This document shows, in pieces, positions 26,481 through 36,089 of a stretch of 64,000 nucleotides of DNA (position 1 is its first letter; each line of letters opens with the position of its first letter). The stretch is from the NCBI GenBank assembly GCA_001802945.1, contig MHAK01000075.1:4053-68052 (forward strand), read 5' to 3'. Source of the DNA: Ignavibacteria bacterium RIFCSPLOWO2_12_FULL_56_21. GTDB lineage: Bacteria; Bacteroidota; Ignavibacteria; UBA10030. Position numbers and translations under genes: made by a program. The notes beneath the pieces are model-generated. The model was given only the letters and a program-made list of their open reading frames with translations, was not told the DNA's origin and did no database searches.

Positions 26481-27863
26481 ATGGTAGTCCGTTCCGACAT
26501 ACAACAGCAGGCAGGAGAGATCGCGCGGGCAAAGGCCGCGGCGAAAGAGTGCCTCATTGCCGCAGACAAGTTCCTCAAGGACCGGCAGTTCGACAAGGCT
26601 CGTGTGCAGGTGGACAAGGCACGGGCGATTGACCCGGCCAATCCGTACATCTCTGCGTTCGAGGAACGCATCAAGATCTTCGAACAGCAATTGAAGTCCC
26701 AGCAGACGCCGGCCGCCGCGCCCGCACCTCCGACGCCTCAAAACTCTCCGCCGACATCGTCGCAGCCAAAATCCGTCGAAGTACCGCGGAGCCCGGCTCC
26801 GGTGCCGGCCTCTCCACCCGCCGCCAGTCCAGCGTCCTCCAAACCGGCGGTCACTCCGATTTCAACCGTGCCTCCGCGAACGTCAGGGCCGTCTCCAAGT
26901 GTCGAGATCCCCGCCCCGCGCAAGATTGAGACGCCCGTGCAAACTGCGGAACCGGTTCATCCGCCGGCAGTCAACCGGGCAGTGACGCCGGCATCTCAGT
27001 CACACGCGCCGGCAGGCGCTTCCCCGCAACCTGCCGCAGGAGGGGAAGACCTAAAATACAAGATGGACGAGATGAGCCGGCAGATCGCCGAGCTTTCACA
27101 GGCCCTTGTGTCCGAACGCCGTACGCGCGACGAGATCCTCAAGAAGCAACTGGAGAACACGGTTGCCCAATTTCGGGAGACGTTACGAAAGTCATGGAGT
27201 TTGGGCGCGCCCAAGGAAGCGGTGCAGGAAGAGCTCCATCAGTTGGCGCGTTCGCTCAATCTGGACAACGACGTGATAACGTCCGTGACCCGCGAGGTCA
27301 AGCTGGAGATGTACGGCAGGGCAGTCAAGGAGATGCTCGCAAAACGGAAGCTCATCCGCAGTTCATCGTCGACGATGGAATGGCTCCGCAAGGTGTATCA
27401 GGTGTCGTTGTCGGAATACCTGGAATACGAGTCCCGCTTCTTGCTCGACCTCGTCACCGACCAGTTTCGCGGAACGCTGCTGCTCGTCGCCGGTTCGGAC
27501 CCGGTTCGGCGGGACATGGCGACGCGTCTCAAGTCCTCGGGCTTTGCCGTTGTGGCGGCGAGCACCCCGGAAGAGGCGCTCGAGAAGATCGAGCGCGTCA
27601 GTCCGACGATCATCGTCACGGAAACGCAATTTCCCGGGCGGGCGGTGAGCGGTGTGATGTTCCTGCAGCTCCTTCGTGCGAACTCTAAATTCTCTTTCGT
27701 ACCCGTGTTGCTTGTGTGCGACGCCCAGGAAGCGGTGACGCTCACGTCGTCTGAGCTGCGGGAGATCGAGGGGGTCGTGAAAACGCCGGTGGACTTCGAT
27801 GAGCTGAACGCCGTGATCAATGAAAAGCTGTCAAAACTTCGAAACTATATTTCCAACATGTAG
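26481..27863 (+). CDS. Multidomain hypothetical protein: TPR-like N-terminus, long Pro/Ala/Ser linker, helical region, C-terminal receiver-like domain with Glu at the phospho-acceptor position
   Basis: ATG at 26481 (MVVRSDIQQQ...). About 110 aa of linker (TPAAAPAPPTPQNSPP...). Receiver-like end: LLLVAGSD...TIIVTETQFPG...VPVLLVCDA...VVKTPVDFDEL, where the conserved Asp (D-x3-P) is Glu. Confidence 0.6.
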   Translation: MVVRSDIQQQAGEIARAKAAAKECLIAADKFLKDRQFDKARVQVDKARAIDPANPYISAFEERIKIFEQQLKSQQTPAAAPAPPTPQNSPPTSSQPKSVEVPRSPAPVPASPPAASPASSKPAVTPISTVPPRTSGPSPSVEIPAPRKIETPVQTAEPVHPPAVNRAVTPASQSHAPAGASPQPAAGGEDLKYKMDEMSRQIAELSQALVSERRTRDEILKKQLENTVAQFRETLRKSWSLGAPKEAVQEELHQLARSLNLDNDVITSVTREVKLEMYGRAVKEMLAKRKLIRSSSSTMEWLRKVYQVSLSEYLEYESRFLLDLVTDQFRGTLLLVAGSDPVRRDMATRLKSSGFAVVAASTPEEALEKIERVSPTIIVTETQFPGRAVSGVMFLQLLRANSKFSFVPVLLVCDAQEAVTLTSSELREIEGVVKTPVDFDELNAVINEKLSKLRNYISNM

Positions 27864-27908
27864 TTCAGACAATGCCCGTGGTCGTTCGGGCGCATCAGCG
27901 AGGATGGT

Positions 27909-28283
27909 ATGCCGAAGCAAATTCTGTTGGCGGAAGATGATGAGGACAACAGGGACCTGATGGTGTTCGTTGTCGATCGGAGCGGTCTGGACCTGGAGCT
28001 TTTGCTGGCCGAGAACGGTCAGGAAGCGGTGGATATCGCCCGGGCAAAGAAGCCGTTACTGATCCTGATGGACATGCAAATGCCGGTCATGGACGGGTTC
28101 ACAGCCACCAAGATACTCAAAGCCGACCCGGAGACGACGGCAATCCCCATCATTGCATTCACTGCACAGGCGCGCGGTGAAGACAAGGACATAACACGTT
28201 CGATCGGGTGCGTTGAACACTATACAAAACCGATGGACCCCGAAGAGCTCATTGGGCTCATTCGCAGATACATTGGAGAATAA
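27909..28283 (+). CDS. Single-domain response regulator (CheY-like)
   Basis: ILLAEDDEDNRDLM...LILMDMQMPVMDGF...IIAFTAQA...YTKPMD. Confidence 0.9.
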   Translation: MPKQILLAEDDEDNRDLMVFVVDRSGLDLELLLAENGQEAVDIARAKKPLLILMDMQMPVMDGFTATKILKADPETTAIPIIAFTAQARGEDKDITRSIGCVEHYTKPMDPEELIGLIRRYIGE

Positions 28284-28303
28284 TTGCCGCGAGGGATAAG
28301 AAC

Positions 28304-31231
28304 ATGCAGATACGATCACGTGTGTATCTAAAGGTCCTGGGAAATTTCGGGATCCTCCTCGTCGTCCTGGTGGCCATGACCTATTTGGCGACGAGGGTCT
28401 TGAACCAGATGGAATTCAGCTACACGACGGCTGCAAACGACCTCGAAGCGCTGAATTCGCTCGAACGGGTCCGGAATAACGTGGTCGAGATTCCCGAGTA
28501 CCTTTCGCTGTACCTTTCCACGGGAGACAAAGACGCCAAGAATGCATTCGTGCAAGGATGGCAGAACTTCGACTCGGATATTGCAACCCTCAAGAAATGG
28601 TCGTCCGATTCTCTCACCGTCGAGTCGCTGAGTCAAGTCCGCAATCTCTTTTTTGCCTGGGTGGAGTATGTTGCCGATCCGAAGGTCCGCATCTATGAAG
28701 GGAACATGTCGCGAGACTCCGTCATCGCCATCGAACGCGAAGTACGGGCCATTGAGGCGGATAGCAAGTACCTTTTCCACGCACGCGCACAGATGACGTT
28801 GCTGTTCCAGAAGCGATTGTCGTCTCAGGCAATAATGATCGAAAGTGCGACGAATCTCGGCGCCGGACTCAGCGGCTTCATCACCAAGGTCAATGTCCTG
28901 TTCGCCGTATTTGCCATCGCACTCGGGTTCTATCTGACATGGTCGATCACGAAACCGCTTGGCCAGTTGAAGGATGGGACCCGTAATATCATGGAGTCGA
29001 AGTTCATTCCGCTTGCGATCAACCGCACGGACGAATTTGGCGAATTGGCGGACGATTTCAACCTGATGTCAACAATGCTCCGGGAGAACTATACAAAGAT
29101 ACGGGCCTATTCCGACCTCATGACGGCACTGAACGAGAACGAAACGATGAACGGCGTGCTGTCGAAGACGCTGGACCTCCTGTGCCAGCAGGTGCAGGCC
29201 GTCAACGGTGCGTTCTATTTGTTCGACCGCGAGACCAACCGGATGACGATCCGCGGCGGGTTCGCTCTGCGCGCCGACCGGACGGCGATCTCTTCGTTCG
29301 CCGTCGGGGAGGGAATCCCCGGTGAATGTGCGCGTCTGAAGAAAGCGATCGAGGTCACGGAGCTACCGGACCTCGTGCAATTTCCTGTCGATACGGGTCT
29401 GAATACCATTGTGCCCCGGTATATCTACGCGTCCCCGGTCATGTTCCAGGACAATCTGGTCGGCGTCCTCATCCTCGGCGCGACCAAACCTTTCGATGAA
29501 TTCACGAAGAGCCTCGTGTTCAGCGCGGCCCCGCAAGTCGGCGTCGCCATCACGAACGCCCTGAACTTCGAAGCGACCCAGGCGCTGACGCGGGAACTGA
29601 CTTCGAAACATGCGGAATTGAATCAGAAGAACAGCGAGCTCGAACGGGCCTACCAGGTCAAGTCCGACTTCCTGTCAAACATGTCGCACGAGCTCCGGAC
29701 GCCGCTCAATTCCATCATCGGATTCACGTCGATCCTCCTGAGCGACCGCGGCGACCCGCTGACTGCGGACCAGAAGAAGGCGATGGAGAAGGTGCATAAG
29801 AACGGCAAGCACCTGTTGCAGCTCATCAATGACATCCTCGACTTCTCGAAGATCGAGTCGGGACGGATGCACGTCAGCGTCGAGACCGACACCGTGGAGA
29901 ACGTCGTATCGGGGGCGACGGCCACTGCAGAGCATCTGATACGTCAGAAGAACCTCGAGCTCAAAGAGAATCTGCAGCCGAACCTGCCGCTGTTGCAAAC
30001 GGATACGCTCAAGGTGAAGCAGATCATCGTCAACTTGTTGAGCAATGCGGCGAAGTTCACCGACCAAGGGGCGATCGAGATCAAAGCATGGCTCGACGGA
30101 GGCATGGTGCGCATCTCCGTCAAGGATGACGGAATCGGCATTGAAGCAAAGAACATCGGAAAGATCTTCGAGGAATTTCAGCAGATCGACAGCAGTCATT
30201 CCCGAAAATACAAAGGGACCGGCCTCGGTCTGCCAATCGCGCGACGACTCGCCCTGTTGTTAGGAGGAGACCTCGTCGCCACCAGCGAGTACGGACACGG
30301 CTCGACCTTTACGCTCTCGATCCCGCCGGACCTTCCCAAGAGTACTGGCGACAAAGCGGACATCACAAGGAGGCCGCCCGCTGCAGCGACCCCGGCTCCC
30401 CAACCGGTCGGCCAGGCCGTAGCGGCAGCCGTCAAAGCTTCCAGCCCGACGCCCCCGCCGGCGGCGAAAGAGCCCGTTCCCACTCCGGTGCAACCGACGG
30501 CAGCGAACGGCCAGAAAAAAGTGCTGTGCATCGACGACGAACCCGACGTCATCGAGATCCTCCGCAATTATCTTGTACCGGAAGGCTACACCGTCTACGC
30601 GGCGTATTCGCCGACGGAGGGAATGAAACTGGCGGAGGAAGTCAATCCTCATGTCATCACGCTCGACATCATGATGCCGGAAAAGGACGGGTGGCAGGTG
30701 CTTCGCGAACTGAAGGCGAACCCGAAGACACGGGACATTCCCGTCCTTATCCATTCAATGATCGACAACAAGCCGCTTGCATTCTCGCTCGGAGCGTTGG
30801 ACTATCTTCCGAAGCCGGCGGACGCATCGACGGTACTCAAGCTGGTGAACAAGGCGGTAAAGACGAAGGACAAGCAGATTCTTGTCATCGACGACGACCC
30901 CGACTACAGGACCGTCCTGCAGGAGATCCTTCACCAGGCCGGATTTAACGTCGAGATCGCGGGCAGCGGCAAGGAGGCCATGGAGAAGATCCGGAGCTTC
31001 CGTCCCGCTCTGATTCTTCTCGACCTCCGCATGCCGGAAATGGACGGCTTCGAATTGCTGCGGCGCTTCCGGGAAGTCGATCAGTGGAAATCGATTCCCA
31101 TCATCATTCTTTCCGGTCAGGACCTCACGCCGGACCAGGTGGACGAGATCAATCGACAGATGATCGACTACATCCGAAAGTCCGACCTGACCGTTGAATC
31201 CATCACTCAAACCATCAAACGCGTCCTCTGA
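28304..31231 (+). CDS. Hybrid sensor histidine kinase (sensor + HAMP + GAF + HisKA + HATPase + two receiver domains)
   Basis: TM/HAMP (WSITKPLGQLKDGTRNI...). GAF (VNGAFYLFDRE...GIPGECA). H-box FLSNMSHELRTPLNSIIGF. N/G boxes (LLSNAAKFT, DDGIGI, GTGLGLPIARRL). Two receivers (VLCIDDEPD...ITLDIMMPEKDG; ILVIDDDPD...ILLDLRMPEMDG). Confidence 0.9.
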   Translation: MQIRSRVYLKVLGNFGILLVVLVAMTYLATRVLNQMEFSYTTAANDLEALNSLERVRNNVVEIPEYLSLYLSTGDKDAKNAFVQGWQNFDSDIATLKKWSSDSLTVESLSQVRNLFFAWVEYVADPKVRIYEGNMSRDSVIAIEREVRAIEADSKYLFHARAQMTLLFQKRLSSQAIMIESATNLGAGLSGFITKVNVLFAVFAIALGFYLTWSITKPLGQLKDGTRNIMESKFIPLAINRTDEFGELADDFNLMSTMLRENYTKIRAYSDLMTALNENETMNGVLSKTLDLLCQQVQAVNGAFYLFDRETNRMTIRGGFALRADRTAISSFAVGEGIPGECARLKKAIEVTELPDLVQFPVDTGLNTIVPRYIYASPVMFQDNLVGVLILGATKPFDEFTKSLVFSAAPQVGVAITNALNFEATQALTRELTSKHAELNQKNSELERAYQVKSDFLSNMSHELRTPLNSIIGFTSILLSDRGDPLTADQKKAMEKVHKNGKHLLQLINDILDFSKIESGRMHVSVETDTVENVVSGATATAEHLIRQKNLELKENLQPNLPLLQTDTLKVKQIIVNLLSNAAKFTDQGAIEIKAWLDGGMVRISVKDDGIGIEAKNIGKIFEEFQQIDSSHSRKYKGTGLGLPIARRLALLLGGDLVATSEYGHGSTFTLSIPPDLPKSTGDKADITRRPPAAATPAPQPVGQAVAAAVKASSPTPPPAAKEPVPTPVQPTAANGQKKVLCIDDEPDVIEILRNYLVPEGYTVYAAYSPTEGMKLAEEVNPHVITLDIMMPEKDGWQVLRELKANPKTRDIPVLIHSMIDNKPLAFSLGALDYLPKPADASTVLKLVNKAVKTKDKQILVIDDDPDYRTVLQEILHQAGFNVEIAGSGKEAMEKIRSFRPALILLDLRMPEMDGFELLRRFREVDQWKSIPIIILSGQDLTPDQVDEINRQMIDYIRKSDLTVESITQTIKRVL

Positions 31232-31247
31232 AACGGAAGAACGACCT

Positions 31248-32402
31248 ATGACCGACGCCGGCACATCCGGCCGTCTGAACGACCAGCCGAAAGTATTGGC
31301 CGTAGACGACACGGAAGACAATCTGGACCTCCTGGAGTTCGCCCTCCGAAAGAAATCTATGGACATCGTCCGCGCCTCGAGCGGCGCGGAATGTCTCGAA
31401 ATGGCCGTCAAGCACAAGCCGGATATCATCCTCCTGGATATCCAAATGCCGGACATGGACGGATTTGAAACCCTGCGTCGTCTGCGTCATAACCCCGAGA
31501 CGATGAAGATCCCCGTCATTTTTCTGACGGCCGCAAAACGCGACCCAAAGAGTATAGAAGAAGGGCTGCTCCTGGGTGCGAGCGAGTATCTCACAAAACC
31601 GATCGACATGGACGAGCTATTCGTCCGCATCAATTCGATCTTCAAACTTTACAAGATCGAACGAGAGCTCGAGGAGACGAAGGCGAAATTCATGGCCATG
31701 CTCGTGCATGACCTGCGGAGCCCGTTGGGGGGAATCAAGAGCGTCTTTGAGCTCCTCATCGATCTGAGCAAGGAAGGGAAGGCAAGCGGGCCGGAGATCC
31801 TCCAGATCATCGAAAGCGCTCTCTTGTCGAGCACGGGTCTTCTGGACCTCGTCAATGATCTCCTGGACCTGTCGAAATACCAGGCCGGGCAGGTTCGGCT
31901 CGACCGGGCAACGGTTGACATTGGAGCGGTGATCGAGATGTCGGTCAGCGGGTTTTCCGTCTCCTTTTCGAACAAGGAAGTGAAGTTGGCAAAGGAATAT
32001 GGACAGGGATTACCGATGGTGAGTCTTGACCCGCGAAAGATCTCCCAGGTCATTACCAACCTTGTCAGCAACGCCCTGAAGTTCACCCCAAAAGGGGGCA
32101 CCGTCACAATACAAACATTCCCGGGCAAGCTGCCGGGAATCGCACAGCAAGGTGCAGTCTCGGTCTCCATTGCGGATACCGGCATCGGCATCAAAGCGGA
32201 GGAGATTCCGCTGCTGTTCTCGCATTATCGGCAGGCGTCGTCGGCCAAACACGTCAAGGACAAGGGAACCGGGCTCGGTTTAGCGATCTGTAAGCTCATC
32301 GTTGAAGCGCATGGCGGCACGATCGGCATTTCCAGTATTCTCGGCAAGGGGACGACATTCACGTTCACGCTGCCGGTCGCGCAGTCGACATCACAGTCAT
32401 AA
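31248..32402 (+). CDS. Response-regulator/histidine-kinase hybrid (N-terminal receiver + HisKA + HATPase)
   Basis: ATG at 31248. Receiver VLAVDDTEDNL...ILLDIQMPDMDGF...IFLTAAK...YLTKPID. H-box FMAMLVHDLRSPLGGI. ATPase LVSNALKFTP, DTGIGI, GTGLGLAICKLIVEAHGG. Confidence 0.9.
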   Translation: MTDAGTSGRLNDQPKVLAVDDTEDNLDLLEFALRKKSMDIVRASSGAECLEMAVKHKPDIILLDIQMPDMDGFETLRRLRHNPETMKIPVIFLTAAKRDPKSIEEGLLLGASEYLTKPIDMDELFVRINSIFKLYKIERELEETKAKFMAMLVHDLRSPLGGIKSVFELLIDLSKEGKASGPEILQIIESALLSSTGLLDLVNDLLDLSKYQAGQVRLDRATVDIGAVIEMSVSGFSVSFSNKEVKLAKEYGQGLPMVSLDPRKISQVITNLVSNALKFTPKGGTVTIQTFPGKLPGIAQQGAVSVSIADTGIGIKAEEIPLLFSHYRQASSAKHVKDKGTGLGLAICKLIVEAHGGTIGISSILGKGTTFTFTLPVAQSTSQS

Positions 32403-32412
32403 GAGGACGCTC

Positions 32413-33501
32413 ATGGACAGTAGTATCCTGGTAGTTGACGACGAATCGACGCTCCGATTGACGACGAAGGCGCGGTTGCAGGCAAAAGGCTTCGACGTCG
32501 ACGTGGCAGAGGACGGCGAGATCGCGCTGGAAAAGCTCCGAGGAAAGACGTTCGATATCGTGCTTCTCGATATCAATATGCCCCGGCTCAACGGGCTTCA
32601 GACGCTGGAAGCCATCGTCCGTGAGTATCCGGCAACGGACGTCGTCATGCTTACGAGTTTTGCGGATTTTTCCCTGGCGATTGAATGTCTGAAGAAGGGG
32701 GCAAAGGACTATCTGGTCAAGCCGATCGATGCGCAGGAATTGGTCACTCGTCTGACATCGCTGTTACGTGCGCAAATATCGGAACGGTCGCTCGCCACTT
32801 ACAAGGAGTTCTGGCGGTCCACGATACTCTTCGACGTTTTCAGCCACCTCAACAGCATCAATACGATCCTCGAGTACACGAAGAAGTCTTTCGGCGAGCT
32901 GAAACGATCGGACGACGAAAAACTTGTGACCACGGCGCAGGAATTGACGGAAGGGGTCATCAATATCCTGAAAGGTTCGGTGCAGATCGGAGAGCTTGCC
33001 GAAGGAACGCTGCTCACGCAGCAGAACGATACGATGTTGAACACGCTGGTGCAGACTGCGGTGGAACGGTTCCGACCGGTTGCGGCACGCCAGCATTTGA
33101 CTCTGGACTTCCGCTCGGCGAGCGACGTGCCGATGGTGAAATGCGACATGGACCGGATCAACCAGGTTGTCCGTTGCGTTCTGGAGATCGGCACGTGGCA
33201 ATCGTGGAACAAGGCGACAGCCCAAGTGACCGTAGATGGCCGCACATCGGGGCTCTCGGGACAGGCCGGTTCGTGGGTGGGAGTCCGTGTGGAGTATCCG
33301 GGCGATTCTGTGTTGACCGATGAGGTGAAGAAGGTCGTCAACGCGTCCGAAGCGGAATGGAAAGCGCTCAAAGATCAGGTGTCGATCGGCGCCTTCAATC
33401 TCTCGATCGCCAAACGGGTTGTCGAGGCGCACGGCGGCGAGTTCCGGATCGAGGCAGACGGGAAACGCACGGTCGTCCAATTTACGCTCCCGGCGGCTTG
33501 A
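32413..33501 (+). CDS. Response regulator with a degenerate histidine-kinase-like C-terminal domain
   Basis: ATG at 32413. Canonical receiver (ILVVDDESTLRL...VLLDINMPRLNGL...VMLTSFAD...YLVKPID). The C-terminal half ends like a HATPase (FNLSIAKRVVEAHGGEFRIEADGKRTVVQFTLP), but the H-box (VFSHLNSINT) and N/G1 boxes are degenerate. Confidence 0.75.
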   Translation: MDSSILVVDDESTLRLTTKARLQAKGFDVDVAEDGEIALEKLRGKTFDIVLLDINMPRLNGLQTLEAIVREYPATDVVMLTSFADFSLAIECLKKGAKDYLVKPIDAQELVTRLTSLLRAQISERSLATYKEFWRSTILFDVFSHLNSINTILEYTKKSFGELKRSDDEKLVTTAQELTEGVINILKGSVQIGELAEGTLLTQQNDTMLNTLVQTAVERFRPVAARQHLTLDFRSASDVPMVKCDMDRINQVVRCVLEIGTWQSWNKATAQVTVDGRTSGLSGQAGSWVGVRVEYPGDSVLTDEVKKVVNASEAEWKALKDQVSIGAFNLSIAKRVVEAHGGEFRIEADGKRTVVQFTLPAA

Positions 33502-34244
33502 ACACGACCGTGTCGGACACGACAAACGATACTTCACAGCTCGAATTTCGATACCACTTCACATTCGAAAACGGAGATCAGCGGGAATTCCACATTCGGC
33601 TTGACGGCGCGACGCTGCGCCTGCTGAACGTCTCTCCCTCTCCGCCCCCCGCCTGGACGGCCCTGGAATTCTCGAAATGCGTTAATTGCCCCCTGCAAAG
33701 AGAGTCCCACTGTCCTATTGCCGTCAACCTCAGTTCCGTCATCAAGGAGTTCGAAGCGACGCAGTCGTATACGAACGCCAAAGTGATGGTAGAGACGACC
33801 GAGCGCAACTATGCGAAAGACACGACGGTACAACGCGCGCTCAGTTCGATCATCGGTATTATCATGGTGACAAGCGGTTGTCCAATCATGGACAGACTGC
33901 GCCCGAATGTCGCATTCCACCTGCCGTTTGCGAGTCCATTGGAGACCTCGTACCGTTCGGTTGCTATGTATCTCACCGCCCAGGCAATTCGCAAGCTTCG
34001 CGGCGAAGAGCCGGACTGGGACATGAACGGTCTGGTCGAGATCTATGAACAGGTATCAAAGGTCAACAAGGGAATGGCCCGCCGGATCAAGCAGGCGATG
34101 GCCACCGATGCGGGTGCGAATGCCATTGTCATTCTTCACGCATTCGGCGATTCGGTGACGATCCTCGTGGAAACTCGCCTGAAGGAACTGGAGGGATTCT
34201 TTTCGACCTTGTTGGATGGGGGAAAAGGGAACTCGGGAGCGTAA
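33498..34244 (+). CDS. Hypothetical protein with a Cys cluster, last gene of the phosphorelay operon
   Basis: Open frame with TTG at 33498 (overlaps the upstream TGA) or GTG at 33510. Motif CVNCPLQRESHCP. Codon usage resembles neighbouring genes. I recognise no family. Confidence 0.5.
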   Translation: MNTTVSDTTNDTSQLEFRYHFTFENGDQREFHIRLDGATLRLLNVSPSPPPAWTALEFSKCVNCPLQRESHCPIAVNLSSVIKEFEATQSYTNAKVMVETTERNYAKDTTVQRALSSIIGIIMVTSGCPIMDRLRPNVAFHLPFASPLETSYRSVAMYLTAQAIRKLRGEEPDWDMNGLVEIYEQVSKVNKGMARRIKQAMATDAGANAIVILHAFGDSVTILVETRLKELEGFFSTLLDGGKGNSGA

Positions 34245-34335
34245 ACGCCGGCACGTCGACCCCTCATTTCTCGTTCTCCGCACCGACTACTGCGTACTGT
34301 CTACTTTCCAAAATTCACTCAGATATTTCCGCGCT

Positions 34336-35046
34336 TCACTGCAGATTATGGTGCACGGCCTGCACGTCCTCGTCCGCTTCGACTGACTCGATGAACTCAA
34401 GAACCTGTTTCGCCTGGTCTTCGGGCAGCTCCTTGCGGACTGTCGGAAGATAGTGCAATTCTGAGCTTATGGCCTCGACTTTCAGGCTTTCCAGTGCCCG
34501 GTGCAATTTGCCAAAATTCTCGAAGGACGAGGTCAGAACAAACTCGTCGTCGATCTTCTCGAAATCCTCGAGACCGTGGTCGATCAATTCCAGCTCGACA
34601 GCGTCCGGATCGACGATGGCGGAGGCTTTGACTTTGGTCACGCCTTTGCGTTCGAACAGAAAGGCCACCGAACCGCTATTGCCGATCGAAGCGCCTCCGT
34701 CACGGAAAATATGCCGAAGGTTGGCGATCGTCCGGTTGGGGTTGTCTGTCGCACACTCGATCATCACAGCGATGCCGTGCGGAGCATAGCCCTCATACAG
34801 CACTTCTTCAAATCCGCTCGCGTCCTTCGCCGCCGCCCGATGAATGGCGGCTTCCACACGGTCCTTCGGCATATTGACGCCTTTGGCGTTCTGAACGGCC
34901 ATGCGAAGGCGCGGATTGTGCGCAGGGTCGGTTCCCCCAGTACGAACGGCAATGGCGATCTCGCGTCCGATCTTGGTGAAAGCCTTCGCCATCCGGTCGT
35001 ACCGGGCGAACATCTTGTATTTCCGTTTTTCGAATATGCGTCCCAT
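34336..35046 (-). CDS. YebC/PmpR-family transcriptional regulator
   Basis: MGRIFEKRKYKMFARYDRMAKAFTKIGREIAIAVRTGGTDPAHNPRLRMAVQNAKGVNMPKDRVEAAI is the hallmark N-terminus of this family. Length is 236 aa. Confidence 0.9.
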   Translation of the reverse strand: MGRIFEKRKYKMFARYDRMAKAFTKIGREIAIAVRTGGTDPAHNPRLRMAVQNAKGVNMPKDRVEAAIHRAAAKDASGFEEVLYEGYAPHGIAVMIECATDNPNRTIANLRHIFRDGGASIGNSGSVAFLFERKGVTKVKASAIVDPDAVELELIDHGLEDFEKIDDEFVLTSSFENFGKLHRALESLKVEAISSELHYLPTVRKELPEDQAKQVLEFIESVEADEDVQAVHHNLQ

Positions 35047-35225
35047 AAGCGGCTCGTATCCGTCAATTACCCTGGAATGTCGGCTTTGGTCCTCTCAACA
35101 CATTTTTCACTTCACCCTTGTCACTTTTCACATGATAAGATACCACATTTTCCCCGCGTTGGAAACGCCCGTTTGACTCTTCTTTCGGTGTTCGCTATGT
35201 TCATCGATTCCAAGAAAAGCGACTG

Positions 35226-35651
35226 ATGGGTTCAATCGCTAGTCCGCTGCTTGATGTACGCGTTCCCCGGTCGTTGTCGGCCCTGGAGGGTCTGATTGCG
35301 TCCGTCCGCTCGGCCCTGCGACCCGCGAAGCCGCATGCTGTTGCGCTCAAGAACATCGAGTTTGGGATAGAGGAGATTTTCACCAATATGGTGAAATACA
35401 ATCCGCAGGGATCGCCAAACGTAGACGTGCAGATGGTGTTGGACACTGGCCGGGTCCGCGTGGACCTGATCGATCCCGATTCCAACGAGTTCAATCCTTG
35501 GTCCCGTCCAACGCCGGAGATCACGGCGCCGCTCGAGGACCGCCGGCCTGGGGGGCTGGGGATCCATCTTGTCAAAGAGATGCTCACAGAGGTCGGTTAC
35601 GAATATGACAACAGGAAGAGCATTGTCACGCTCATTCAAGTCATCCACTAA
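35226..35651 (+). CDS. Anti-sigma regulatory factor, RsbW/SpoIIAB-like serine kinase (HATPase_c_2)
   Basis: 141 aa. EEIFTNMVKYN (N-box-like) and RRPGGLGIHLVKEMLTEVGYEY (G-box region). Confidence 0.8.
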   Translation: MGSIASPLLDVRVPRSLSALEGLIASVRSALRPAKPHAVALKNIEFGIEEIFTNMVKYNPQGSPNVDVQMVLDTGRVRVDLIDPDSNEFNPWSRPTPEITAPLEDRRPGGLGIHLVKEMLTEVGYEYDNRKSIVTLIQVIH

Positions 35652-35659
35652 GGAATAGT

Positions 35660-35944
35660 ATGTTTACCATTACTGTGGCGGAGAAGGACCGAATTGTGCT
35701 GACGGGCCGGCTTGACGCATCGCAGACTGAAGAAGCGGCGCGTGTACTGGCCACGGTGACGATGTCGGCCGTCGTCGATTTTAAGGATCTCGAGTACATT
35801 TCGTCGGCGGGGCTGGGAACGCTGCTGGCGGCGCAAAAGCGGCTGAAAGAAAAGGGCCAGGCCTTGAAGCTGGTGAATTTAAACGGACATGTTCGGGATG
35901 TGTTCAAATTCGCGCGTTTTGATCTTGTATTTCAAATCGAATGA
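35660..35944 (+). CDS. STAS-domain anti-sigma-factor antagonist (RsbV/SpoIIAA-like)
   Basis: 94 aa. VVDFKDLEYISSAGLGTLLAAQKRLKEKGQALKLVNLNGHVRDVFKFARFD, with the phosphorylatable Ser in the Y-I-S-S-A-G-L context. Confidence 0.85.
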   Translation: MFTITVAEKDRIVLTGRLDASQTEEAARVLATVTMSAVVDFKDLEYISSAGLGTLLAAQKRLKEKGQALKLVNLNGHVRDVFKFARFDLVFQIE

Positions 35945-36089
35945 TCCCTTTTCCCACAGAAACGGTGTCTTCCCTTCAAATAGAGCGAAATGGCGATTTT
36001 CCTCTGAATTTCAGCAACCTCCCCGTTGATAAACGGAGAGAGTTTTGGATACATTTTACCAACTTTCAGGTTCCCCCCGTGTATATTGC

